Positions 39,763-51,000 of a stretch of DNA of 64,000 bases are shown piece after piece (the stretch's first letter is position 1; every line of letters starts with the position of its first letter). A program made the position numbers and the translations under genes. Under the pieces are notes generated by a model. It did not search any database, was not told the DNA's origin, and worked only from the letters and a program-made list of their open reading frames with translations. Origin of the DNA: Marsupella aquatica (lineage: Eukaryota > Plantae > Marchantiophyta); NCBI GenBank assembly GCA_973895155.1, contig OZ316897.1, positions 1,266,515-1,330,514 on the forward strand, in the 5' to 3' direction.

Positions 39763-40978
39763 CTAAACCAAGTGCTCCCTACAATGTGTATTTGAGCATG
39801 TGCCCCTGTCTCCTTTCCTATCTACCCTATTGTCACGGTTGCAACTCACTTTATTTTCAGGGAGTTGAAATCTGGTGGTGTTGTTCCTAATGGCTATAAT
39901 CTCCCGCAAAAAGTGTCTGGGATTTTCTCTATATGGACCTGAATAGTCCTTTCCTAAAAATGATTTAGCAAGTGAGTTGACAAGTGCATTGTCAAGTTCC
40001 ACCTCAGGACGTAAACTACATATACGGTGCTTTACATTCCAAGGGATCTCATTACTGTTGAGGTCCAACACACTATGTGTAAACTGTGACTTCCAAATTT
40101 TTGCTGCAAATCTCTTGCTAAGTTGATCATAAGTAATCTCATTTTTTGCCTTGTCTCTCTTCATGTGCAAAAGAGACCACTTTGGAGAATTGAGAAGAAG
40201 ATAGCATCGAATGTCACTTGCATGTGATAGTTTCTCAAGACATGGCCAAAGAATTGCTAGAAGAAAATTATCTCCACGATTGGCATGCGTGTAGGGCACT
40301 GGAAATAATCCGGTCATGTCTGGGTTGGCAAATGCCTTAAGGGGGGAGTCATCCACAAGGAGGGTGTTGGTTTCATCATATAGATTTCCAAATGCATTCC
40401 ATACCACCTGAAAATCCTTCAGTAGCACATTTGCCTTTCCGTTTGTAATGTCACGCCTTTGAATGCCTGTGTCAAAGGCTTCCACCTGTGTGAATACAAA
40501 CTTAAGTTTCAACCGCTCCTCAACAGTGAACATCATGTTCAGCATTTTCACTGTTCGTTCTACCCCAGCACAAGTCCAAATTGCAACGTCAAATCTGTCA
40601 AAAACCAACTTTAGAAACTCATGGAGCCCTGGTCGTTCTGTATACATGCGACTAATACCATTTTTTCTATCCCAATGCACTCCACTTGAGGTGACAATAT
40701 TCCTGGATGTGCCCTTGTTTTGGAATTCAATAGAATCCCAAAGTATTTTATTAAGGTCCAAAATCAGCAACTTCCGCTTGACGGGACCAGGTCTTGATTC
40801 TGCAAGTGCACCAAACACCATTCTCAGAGAAAAGACCAAAAGTGAACTTTGGATTAGGATTGTCTCAGTCCAAAAATACAACACAATGGCTGACAAAAAC
40901 GAAAATTAACCTACATACCGTTTTTAGAAGCCTCACAATGTGTAGACGGATATGGAGACTTTAATTGGTGAGCCCATT
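39763..40978 (-). CDS. FCP1/NIF-like HAD-family phosphatase (DLN variant) carried by the Sola1-like element; predicted exons 40978-40919 and 40799-39763
   Basis: LLILDLNKIL, ERPGLHEFL, FDVAIWT, LLKD, NTLLVDDSP. Uninterrupted ORF. GTATGT...TTGCAG intron at 40918-40800. Start codon unresolved. Confidence 0.85.
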
Positions 40979-41038
40979 CTGTGAGACCGAGAAGTATTTT
41001 AGATTGATATGAATAAATAGAAAGTCAAAGGCTGAATT

Positions 41039-44000
41039 TCATTCCGAAATAAGAGATCCGTATTCATCAATAATCATGTCAGCACCAAGCTCCTGTTGGA
41101 TTTCAAAATTGACATCTGAAGTACTTTGTTCTACCCAATAAGGAGAAGTCCAAACAGGAGTTATGAACCCCAATTCTCCCCTCTTATACTCCTCCTTATT
41201 GAGAATTGAAGGAGCAGCTTCCAATGATATTTCTTGGCCTCGATTTGGCCCACTTTTCCACACGTAACATCGTGCGTCGCGTTCCAATGACCTCCATCCA
41301 GTTGATCCAACTCTATTCCCTTTCTTTTTTGAGAACGGAAGGACAACAGGACTCCTCGAGTGTGAACGAACGAACACCAATTTGTCATCAGAAGCTGAAA
41401 AGAGTGTGTCAGGACAAGTTGAAGCACCTGCCTGGTTGTCAGCAGCCGTTGATGCATTTCCTCCTGGATTGATGGGAATGTCAGGCAATCCGCCGGCTTC
41501 CCCACGAGTCAATTCGTTAGTTTCAGCTTCATTTGAATCTCCAAGCCTCGTTGCGCCTTCGTTGATCAGATTGGTTGAAGAAAGATGATCAAACATATCA
41601 ACCCTTGCTCCTTCCAGTTGCTCCATCTGTCCTCCCGGCGTTGTTGGATTGGGATCATCCTTGTCCAAGTTATCATCAACTTGAACTTCATGGGGCCCCG
41701 GAGGGATGTCATCTAAACCAGATGAACGGTTTGGTGCAAGTCCAATATCATCATCTACATCGTAAGGCTCACCTTGACCAACACGGTCATCCAAATTTTT
41801 GACATATGCCTCGTCTGATGCCTCTACGCCTTTAGCCACTTTGTCAGCAACATCTTCAGACTCAGAACCGTCGGATTCAACAGCGACAGCTACAGCCGCA
41901 ATAGTGGTAGCCCATTGTCGAGAATTTTCAGCAAGTGATTCACAATGGGCTTTAAGTGAGGGAACTCTCTCGCAAAGGTAGGAAGCAAAAGCTTCCACAA
42001 AATGCCTCTCGGACTGAGAGTCACAATAAACAAAGCATTCCCTATCGCAAAAAAATGATGTCTTCATGACTTGGCCACCGGAGAAAAAATCTAGAACCAA
42101 ATCTCCCAGTTCTGATAAGGATTCAATAATCCTTCGGATCATCCGCGTGGGTTTGGCATGAGGATTAACCCATCCTCCGCGACTACCAACTGTCTCAAAT
42201 CGAGGGGCCATATTCATAATCTTGACGGCCTCTTCCGGGTCCAAAACCACTTTTAGGTCGTCGTTTTGTGTCCCCTCATCTGATTCCTTAGCTTTCCCCT
42301 TTCCCTTGTCGATCTTGCATACTTCATAATCAACATCCTTTGAAGTATACAAGAATTTTGGCTTTGGATAGTTGGGCTTGAAAACTTCATTCCAATTGAC
42401 ATCTTCATCTCGAGAAATCCCTGCAAAGATAACTTCTTCAATCCCTCCACCCCAACATGAGTCATGAGGGTGCGGTTGATCATCTCGTGAATAACTCCCA
42501 TACTCAATGTGAATGGTCAAAGCTTTCTCTTGTCCCAATTTACGAAGGGCACCATGGACATTCAGTGCAAGTTGTCCAGGATGAACTGTTATCGTCACCA
42601 CAATCGTGGGATTTTGTGGAAGCTCCACAATGTATTCAAAGAGAACAAGAATCTCTGCTTCAGTCCACTGTTTTTGTGGAAGCCGGCTAAAATCAACAAT
42701 GGCAAGAGGGCAGGTCGGAGGAGCTTCTTGCAATGACTCTGGATCAATGGTCTTCATGAGATTGTCGCTAAAAAATGTAACCCATGGTAGGGTCCGAGAA
42801 CGTGATCCTCCGCCAAATCTCTGGCAGTATATATCATCTAGGCGGAATACCAATGCCGTCGGCAAGATTGCGCTCTCCCGCGTATGATTTGGCTTTAAAA
42901 GGTTGGCAAGATAGACCTCGCCAGCGGCTCTTCGACACCTGCTGAACTCTGAATCAATTGCTAGCGTAGGAAGAACCTCAACTACTTTCCCCCAATTAGT
43001 ATTTGTCGGGAAATTCACCGCATCCTTGGTGCAATAGTAGTCTTCAATAAGGGACTTGAGTTTCCGCACGATCTTCACATCTTTGGCCAACTCCTCTATA
43101 GATGGCATGTCTGATTTATTAGAGGCATCTTTCTTTAGCAATACCTTTCCTGACTTCACCCGCGTCAGTATTCTTGTGATGTCTCGTTGTGAGATCAACT
43201 CACCATCAAAACAACGAAACATGGCAACAGTAATTGCTTTTTCAGACTTCTCATTTCCTTCTACACCAGCTCCATCGGGAAGTTTCCCATCCAACCACAA
43301 TTGGCATACCAAACTCCATAAATCAAAAAGAGCATTGTCGGCAAACAGTAACCAGTAGACATTACGACAATCTTTCCTTCCCATGGTCATTCTTGCAAGA
43401 GCCAACCAATCCTACAATTGCAAAGGAAAGTCTGTTAGTTCTCCATAACTCAATTGTTTGAAAGCACTCAGGTGCGGACTGAGACCATCCCAGTCCAACA
43501 CAGAAGTAGACAGTATCAGTGGAAATATTATATTGAATGTGCATGATTTAGTTTGGACTAGGACCATCCCAATCCAAAACAAAACTAGACGGTATCAGTG
43601 GAGAAATATTCTACTGAATGTGCATGAATCCATTTGGACTGGGACCATCCCAGTCCAACACAAAACTAGACAATATCAGTGGAAATAGTCTATTGAATGT
43701 GCATGAATCCATTTGGACTGGGACCATCCCAGTCCAACACAAAACTAGACGATATCAGTGGAAATATTCTACTGAATGTGAATGTATCCATTTGGACTCG
43801 GACCATCTCAATCCAAAGCAAACTTGAAGCTTTGTGGTCAAAGACTACCATCTCAATTGTAATCACACATGGAGAGTCTACGGTATTGTACCAATCAAGC
43901 AGTAACACTTCATACCTGAAATTTTTGATTGTCTTGAGCGTTTGTTTTGTTGTCCCCATGTTTTGGCCGGCTAGGTTTTCCACATTCCACAAATTGCCGC

Positions 44001-46172
44001 CTAGCATGAACGACTGTATCTTTGAAGCATGACTGAAACACCATCGTGCTATTGATAGCATTAGATCGCATTGAATGCTCAACTAATATTGATGATGGTG
44101 TTCGATGAGATAATATTCTTGACTTTCGAAATTCCAGCTTTTTTGCCAATGCTGTTAGCTTGGCATCCTTGTTTGCCCATTCTCGAATCCATCTGGCTGC
44201 TCTGGCTGAATGTTGACCGCTAATGGCAAGGAATTGAACCTCCCCCTTTTTCACGGCTGCTACAAAGTCCCTCCTATCTGATTCCGTGTTGTCATATTGC
44301 ATTAGGTTTCTATGTTTTGTAGTGTAAGGAATCAAGTCTGCTATGTGTGGTTCATGCCCCGGATTTCTTATCATGGAATTGGCCACCTCCTTTACATGGT
44401 CTGCATTCAACATTCTGTAACAGAGTCTTGCCGACGCAGGGAAAATACTCTCTACGGGAATAGAAAATATCAAATTGATCCCAAACGTATAATATTGCTC
44501 CATTTGTTGTAGTACCTCATTACCTTCTAAGACCTTCTTCTCCTCAGGAGCGTCCAACTGCTCGTCCATATCTTGTGAATGCACTGTCAGGTTTTCTGTA
44601 GTGTCATCCTTGATGACACTGTCAATTTTCTGTTTCTTCTTTTGTCTTGGCCTCTTTTCACTTGCACTTGGCTTCTGTACCGGATGTTTCTTCTCAACTG
44701 GCTTCTCAACTTGGCTTCTCGTACTCGGCTTCTCAACTGGCTTCTGAACTCGGCTTCTCATACTCGGCTTCTCAACCAGCTTCTCAACTGGAAGTTTCTT
44801 TTCAACCGGAGGTTTCCTTTGGCTTTGTTTTTGTTTTCCCACTGCTCTTTGAGAGGTTGCTGCTGTAGTTCCCGCGGTCTCTGTTGTAGGTTCTGGAGCT
44901 TTCTCTGGCGCCTTCTCGGGCACAGGGTTTGTATTCACCGTTGGAAGGTTTCTCGTCTTTGACAAAGATTCTATCCATTGCTTTGCTTTGACTAAATCAA
45001 AGTTGGGATCAAATGCAACATCCTTATCAATTAAAACACCAGGCTCCTCTGACTCCAACGATAACAATCCAACTTTCTCAAGTAAATTGCTTAACGTCCA
45101 AGTAGTTGCAAAAGAGAAATTGCCTTGGTGCTTCATCATGTTGAGTTTCAAATATTGAAACCCATACATAATGTCGACTGGAAGCATACCAGTTACCCCG
45201 ATGACCAACTTCTTTGTGTCATATGTCTTTGGAAAAAATCCCATTGACAAAACGCTCAATTCACCACTTGCGTGCCATTCGACATTGAATTCTGAGGAGT
45301 ATGCCTTTGACATAAGGTTAACTTTAACCCAGCATGACCTATCGTGCATCTCCAGAATGACCGAATTCATCCCTCTCCCTCCAATGCCAACAGAGACCAC
45401 AGGTCCGCAAACCAAAGTCAGGCTATCATTTGCTCTGCACTTTAAGGTCAAAACAGGTTCAATCGTGCTTGATGGCACTTCATTATTAAGCGGGGTTCTT
45501 GAGAACTCAAGCCCCCATCGGAAGCCTGGGGATCTCTCATCTAGTAAGAATCCGTCCCGGCAGTCGGTCGGTGCAATCGCGGGTTTGAAACCAACAAGAT
45601 CGCTCCCTGCATCATAAAAACATCATCCATGTTAGACTTATTAAGTTTAAAACATTTGAATAACTCTTGTTGGATTAGGATGGTCCTAGTCCAACTTGAG
45701 ATGGTTTTAGTCTTGCTCCTACAATCGAGATTCAATCTCCTGGATGGATTAGGATCATCCGAGTCCAAGTTTGGATTGGGATCATCCGAGTCCACGTTTG
45801 AATTAGGATCATCTGAGTCCAAGTTCGGATTGGGATCATCCGAGTCCAACTTTGGACTGGGATCATCCGAGTCCAACTTTGGATTGGGATCATCCGAGTC
45901 CATGTTTGGATTAGGATCATCTGAGTCCAAGTTCGGATTGAGATGGTCCGAGTCCAAGTTTGGATTGGGATCATCCGAGTCCAACTTTGGACTCGGATGG
46001 TCCCAGTCCTCTAAGACTTAGGGAGGATAGGTGATGGATACTTACTAGGGATTCTTGATTGAAATTGTTTGGAGTCTTCAAGTGCCAGTTCTACACTGTC
46101 GCTCATAGAGGAGAGGTCAAACTCCTCTGTTGCTTCCACGGAGGACTTCACAAGGACGCGATTCGCTTCCAT
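41039..46172 (-). CDS. ~1396-aa ParB/Srx-like + beta-class N4C/N6A DNA-methyltransferase-like fusion protein; exons 46172-46046, 45606-43916, 43411-41039
   Basis: GT-AG introns are phase-compatible (127+1691+2373 = 4191 nt, no internal stop). ParB-like SIPVESIFP...YRMLNADHVKEVANSM...FLAISGQHSARAA. MTase motif X/I NPHAKPTRMIRRIIESLSELGDLVLDFFSGG. The putative motif IV position reads LAIVDFSR, not DPPY/SPPY. Confidence 0.8.
43473..43817. repeat. ~79-bp intronic tandem repeat x5, each with the palindrome TTGGACTGGGA-CCA-TCCCAGTCCAA
   Basis: Copies at ~43474, 43553, 43634, 43713 and 43792, all inside predicted intron 2. Confidence 0.9.
45745..46010. repeat. 27-bp intronic minisatellite (~10 copies) of the same quasi-palindrome
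   Basis: TTGGATTGGGA-TCA-TCCGAGTCCAA-NT units inside predicted intron 1. An isolated copy lies at 45670. Confidence 0.92.
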
Positions 46173-46179
46173 CTTTCTG

Positions 46180-46700
46180 ACACGTGGCAGAGTGACACAT
46201 GGCTTCTTAGCAGGCGTCCGATTTAGGGCAATGAAAAAGAATGGAGGTGGAGGCGGAAGCAGGCAGAGGCGGGGAGGCGGAGAGAGAGCGGAGAGCAAAG
46301 AGCGAGGAGAGCGAGCGAGTGGAGGCAAAGAGCAGAGAGCGGAGGCGGAGAGTGGAGAGCGTGAGCAGAGTGAGGAGCGAAAGAGTGAGAATGAGAATGA
46401 GGTCCTGGCTGGACCTCTCCGTCCCTTTACCCCCTCCTGCCTCACCCCGGCCTGCGTACGGCCGGTTGCCTCCTTCTCCTACGTACGGCCTGATAGTGCG
46501 TACGGCTTGCTCCTGCGTACGGCCCGTTGCCCGCACCCTGCATACGGGCCTCCTTCCTTGATGTCCTGCCTACCTAACAGCCTTGCACGGTAGTCCCCGC
46601 GCAATTAGGCTCGTGAAGATAAGGTGTGCCGCAAGCTAAGGTGAAGGGGTACTCAACCCTTATCTTCACGCGATTTCCGTTTGAGCCGACTCGAGCAAAG
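46180..46700. promoter_or_regulatory. Probable divergent promoter region of the Sola1-like element
   Basis: GC/GA-rich segment between head-to-head genes. Contains CGTACGGC motif copies (46455-46550) and a 13-bp inverted repeat (46612-46670). Confidence 0.45.
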
Positions 46701-47234
46701 GGTATATTTCGGGAGACGCCCACTTCGGAGCTCATTCTTGTTCTAGTTTCCCAAATCTAAGCTCCATGTAATCCGGAGTTTCTCTTAAAGTGTTATGTAT
46801 TGAGCCACTTACCTTCAATGGGTCAGCTTAGCCAGCTTCTTGACTTTTGGGGTCCTCTCAGTTTATCTTTTACAGACATGTGTGGTTTAGGGTTCAGTTT
46901 GTTTTTTACTCCCAAGATTTAGTGGCATATAGCTTGTATTTCAGGGTTCTGGGAAAGTTTTTACCAATCTACAGACAACAATGTATCCCCCTTGGATGTG
47001 ATATTCATATTCTACCAGATCTTAATACTAAGGTGAGTATAAGGTTAACGCATTCAAATATAAGGCTAGGTTTCATTATTTCATGAAACTGTATGTAGAC
47101 ATTAGGGTCTACCTTAAGACCACGCAAACTTTAGGCTACACCATATAGGGAGATCCGTAAAATACGGAGTCTTCCTAAATTTGGAATTTTCTTAGCTTAA
47201 AATGTTTGAAGTTTATCTCCCGTTACATTATGGG

Positions 47235-48003
47235 TTGGTCTAGGATGGTCCTAGTCCAAGTTTGGATTCAGATGTGGACTAGGATCATCCGAGTCCAACT
47301 TTGCATTGGGATCATCCGAGTCCAACTTTGGATTGGGATGGTCCGAGTCCAAGTTTAAACTTGGATGGTCCAAGTCCTAGTTTGGATTGGGATGGTCCGA
47401 GTCCAAGTTTGGACTTGGATGGTCCAAGTCCTAGTTTGGATTGGGATGGTCCGAGTCCAAGTTTGGATTAGGATGGTTCAAGTCCAACTTTGGATTGGGA
47501 TGGTCCGAGTCCAAGTTTGGACTTGGATGGTCCAAGTCCTAGTTTGGATTGGGATGGTCCGAGTCCAAGTTTGGATTAGGATGGTCCGAGTCCAACTTTG
47601 GATTGGGATGGTCCGAGTCCAAGTTTGGACTTGGATGGTCCAAGTCCTAGTTTGGATTGGGATGGTCCGAGTCCAAGTTTGGATTGGGATGGTCCCAGTC
47701 CAAATCCAGAATCGGAGGATCGTACTCCAAATCTAGACTCGGAGGATTCCAGTCCAAATCCGGACTCGGATGGTCCCAATCCAAATCCATAATCGGAGGA
47801 TCGTAGTCCAAATCTAGACTCAGAGGATTGCAGTCCAAATCCGGACTTGGATGGTCCCGGTCAAAATCCGGACTCGGATGGTCCTAGTCCAAATCCAGAA
47901 TCAGAGGATCGTAGTCCAAATCCGGACTTGGATGGTCCCGGTCCAAATCCGGAATTGAAGGATCGTAGTCCAAATCCAGACTTTGAGGATCGCAGTCTGA
48001 ATC
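47235..48003. repeat. 27-bp minisatellite (~28 copies) upstream of the transposase, same palindrome family
   Basis: TTGGATTGGGA-TGG-TCCGAGTCCAA-GT units. The block after ~47700 is more diverged. Confidence 0.92.
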
Positions 48004-48043
48004 AAAATTTGCATGACTTTGGTTGTAATCCATTTTTTTCAGT

Positions 48044-51000
48044 GTGCAGGATAATAGGAAAAGGATGTCTCAAAGGTTTTCTAGGGGCGATGATGTGACC
48101 TTGACAATGGATGGTTACGACGTTGGAAATGGGACAGTTCAAAAGACAGATCCGCAAGAGAGTGTTCAAAATATTGTGCTGGGAGAGAATCGAATTGGGG
48201 TTCTCATTGAGAAGGCCTTTGGTGAGACCAGGAAGCTCCCTTTTCCAATGCCTAGGGCGGAAAATCTTCATGATGCCATTGACTCATGTGTCATTTGGGA
48301 TATGTCATGTGCATATCGATCTGCGGATAAGATTACTCAAAAACGCATCAGTATTGGTAGTTGTTCCACTCGAAAAGATAACAACATCCATAATTCTGCA
48401 AATGTACAGGAGGATGCTTCGACCACCCTAAGGCCAGGTGATGAGGTTGAAATGTTTATCTCTGGCCATTGTGTGGCCTTTGGAGTTGTTTTCAACACTG
48501 ATCCAATGGAGAGATGTCATAACATATTACTCGGTGAGTCTCGGGTTAGTGTAAAAATCACAGATGTGATTCATGGTAGTAAGACTTTACCTTACGCACA
48601 TGGTGGAGCTGCAACAATTGAAGAGGCAAAGGGCTCCTGGGTTCTATGGGATGTGGTTGACGTCCACAATAAAGTATGGAATGTTGATATCGATGGGAGC
48701 AACAAATCTTCCTCTAAGAAGCAGAAGGACAAGGCGGATTTTGTTTCACAGTCTTGTTCGGCAAACACCACAGACACTAAGTGTGACTATTTTCATCGGG
48801 CAAACTGGATGTCAGAGTTGGTTGAACTCTACACTGGTTTGGATCGAACCAAAATGGTTGCCACGGGAACGATCACTATCCCTCAAGTGATGGCGGCAGT
48901 TGATGATGAAATTCTTGGTGATGACCATGTTGGGATTGCTGTGAAAGATGTCGTGGCAGCACAATACTTTCCCAACATCCACAAGGGAGTAGTGAGTTTG
49001 ATTCGATGGCGGATTGATTCAACAAAACTAGTTGCAAATGGAAAATTTTTGTCAGATATTTTGGTGGAAGGTTCTGAAAGGATGGACTCAATGGATAGGG
49101 ATGAACTCAATGCGGATGTAAGTGATAGAGGAGTACTGCGTTCAAGGCCCTACAATTTTAACAAGAGGAATCAAGTAGATCCAAATGAAAAGAAGAGGAG
49201 GTTGTTGGAAAGCAAGGCAATTTCAAAAACAACAGAGGCGTCAATTGATGACGTGAAAAGAGAAAATTGTTGCAAGCAAAAATGTTGTCTCATTATGCCA
49301 AGGGAAAACATCGAAGATATTAGGATGGAATTTCATGGGATGTCAAGCGAGTCAAAAACGTCACACATTTTCAACCTCTTTCACTATAGAGAGGATGATG
49401 TTCGTGATAAGGGACACCATGTTCTTAAGGGTATGGTCGTATGCAGACATGCATTTGCAATTATCCACGGTTTTAGCCACACCAAATATTATGATTACAA
49501 AAGGAGATATGTGGAGGGTTGCAAAATTGGGTTCCATGGCAATACGGGCTTGATGAAAACAAGGGCAAATACCTTGCATGCACGAGCTCTGTTGGAGGCT
49601 TTTTTGACTCGAAATGCAGAGCCCATGCCTCATATGCCTTATGGAGGGGCACATGGGACAGACTCTATTGAGTACCGTCTTCCGGCGTGTTACAAAAAGC
49701 TAGAGATTCTGGAAGATGTGAGAACAAAGATGAAGGAAGAAGGGCTTCCTCCTGTCACAGAGAATACTCTCTACAAGATCTGGAGTAACTCATTTGCAAA
49801 CTTCAGTTTTCATAAAGATGGTGCATTTGCCAAGTGTACTCTTTGTTGTGAATACAAAGACAGTTTGATGCGAGAAAGAAGGAAAAAAGAACGTGCTGAA
49901 ATTGAAGAAAAACGAGCGCAACATCTTCGTGAGCAAATGTCACGTAGATATGTTTACTACGCTCATCGAGTGATGGCCAAACAACACCCAGGAGAATATC
50001 TTTGCATTATTCACGACAAGATGGATCAAGCAAAGACATGGATTCCAAAAATGGTTAGTACTCCTAAATCTCTTTCGGGTCATGGAATGCCGCTACCTAT
50101 TGCTCTCACAGGGATGTTGACCCACGGGAGGGATCCAGGAGTTTATGCACACTTTAGTGTCACTGGCCTTTGGCCAGGAGATGCCGATTTCACGGTGACA
50201 TCCTTGGCTAAGTGTCTTCGAGACCTTGAAGAGTACAATGGAGACAAGACAGGTGACATGTTGGATGGCCTTCATTGGGAACCTCACAGACCTTTCTTTC
50301 AAGCCCTACTTGACTTTGAAGCATTTTTGACGGGTTATTTGGAACCAAAGAATATACCGGTGAATAGGTATATTGGTTCTGAAGATAGAGCTGAGAGTCG
50401 GACTGAGACCGTCCCAAACCAGCAAGATGAGGATGATGGAGAAGACATGCAAGGAGAGCAAGGCAGTCCATCGTTCAAGCCCTTGCCAAGGCACCTAACA
50501 TTGCAGATGGATAATTCAGCAAAGGACAACAAAAACCAGACTGTCATGGCATTTTGTAGCGAGCTTGTGAGTAGAGGAGTATTTGAAACTGTTCAAATGT
50601 CTTTTCTAATGGTTGGTCATACGCATGAAGATGTTGATGCACTCTTTTCAAAGGTATCATATCAAGTTCAGCACAAAGAAGTTGCAACCCTCCTTGCTCT
50701 TATGGCAGAGGTATGGGAATGCGAGAGCATTCATCCAGTTCCCAGATTGATACAAGAAGTTGCATCTTACAAAGAATATCTTCAAACTTTCAAGGTGAAA
50801 GATATTCAAGGTCACTCAAAACCTGTATCATTTCTTTTCTCTATGAGAGATAATGTACCAATATTTCAGTATAAGTCCCATGTAAAGCAAGCTTGGGCTC
50901 CACTTGGTGGAAGGTGCATTTGGGCAACAGATCTGACAACAAATTCTCTTCTTTTACCAAGTGGAGAGCCCTTAGCTAAATCCATTGGAGAGATACACAA

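Noticed and set aside
41039-43405. Calling the MTase an active 4mC/6mA enzyme, or bacterial contamination
   Set aside because: The catalytic (D/S/N)PP(Y/F) motif is not present, so activity is unsupported. Spliceosomal introns and the nested plant TE context argue against contamination.
45541-47838. ORFs made of DSDDPNPNL / WIGMVRVQV repeats
   Set aside because: Translations of the 27-bp minisatellite, open in several frames and located in predicted intron or leader sequence.
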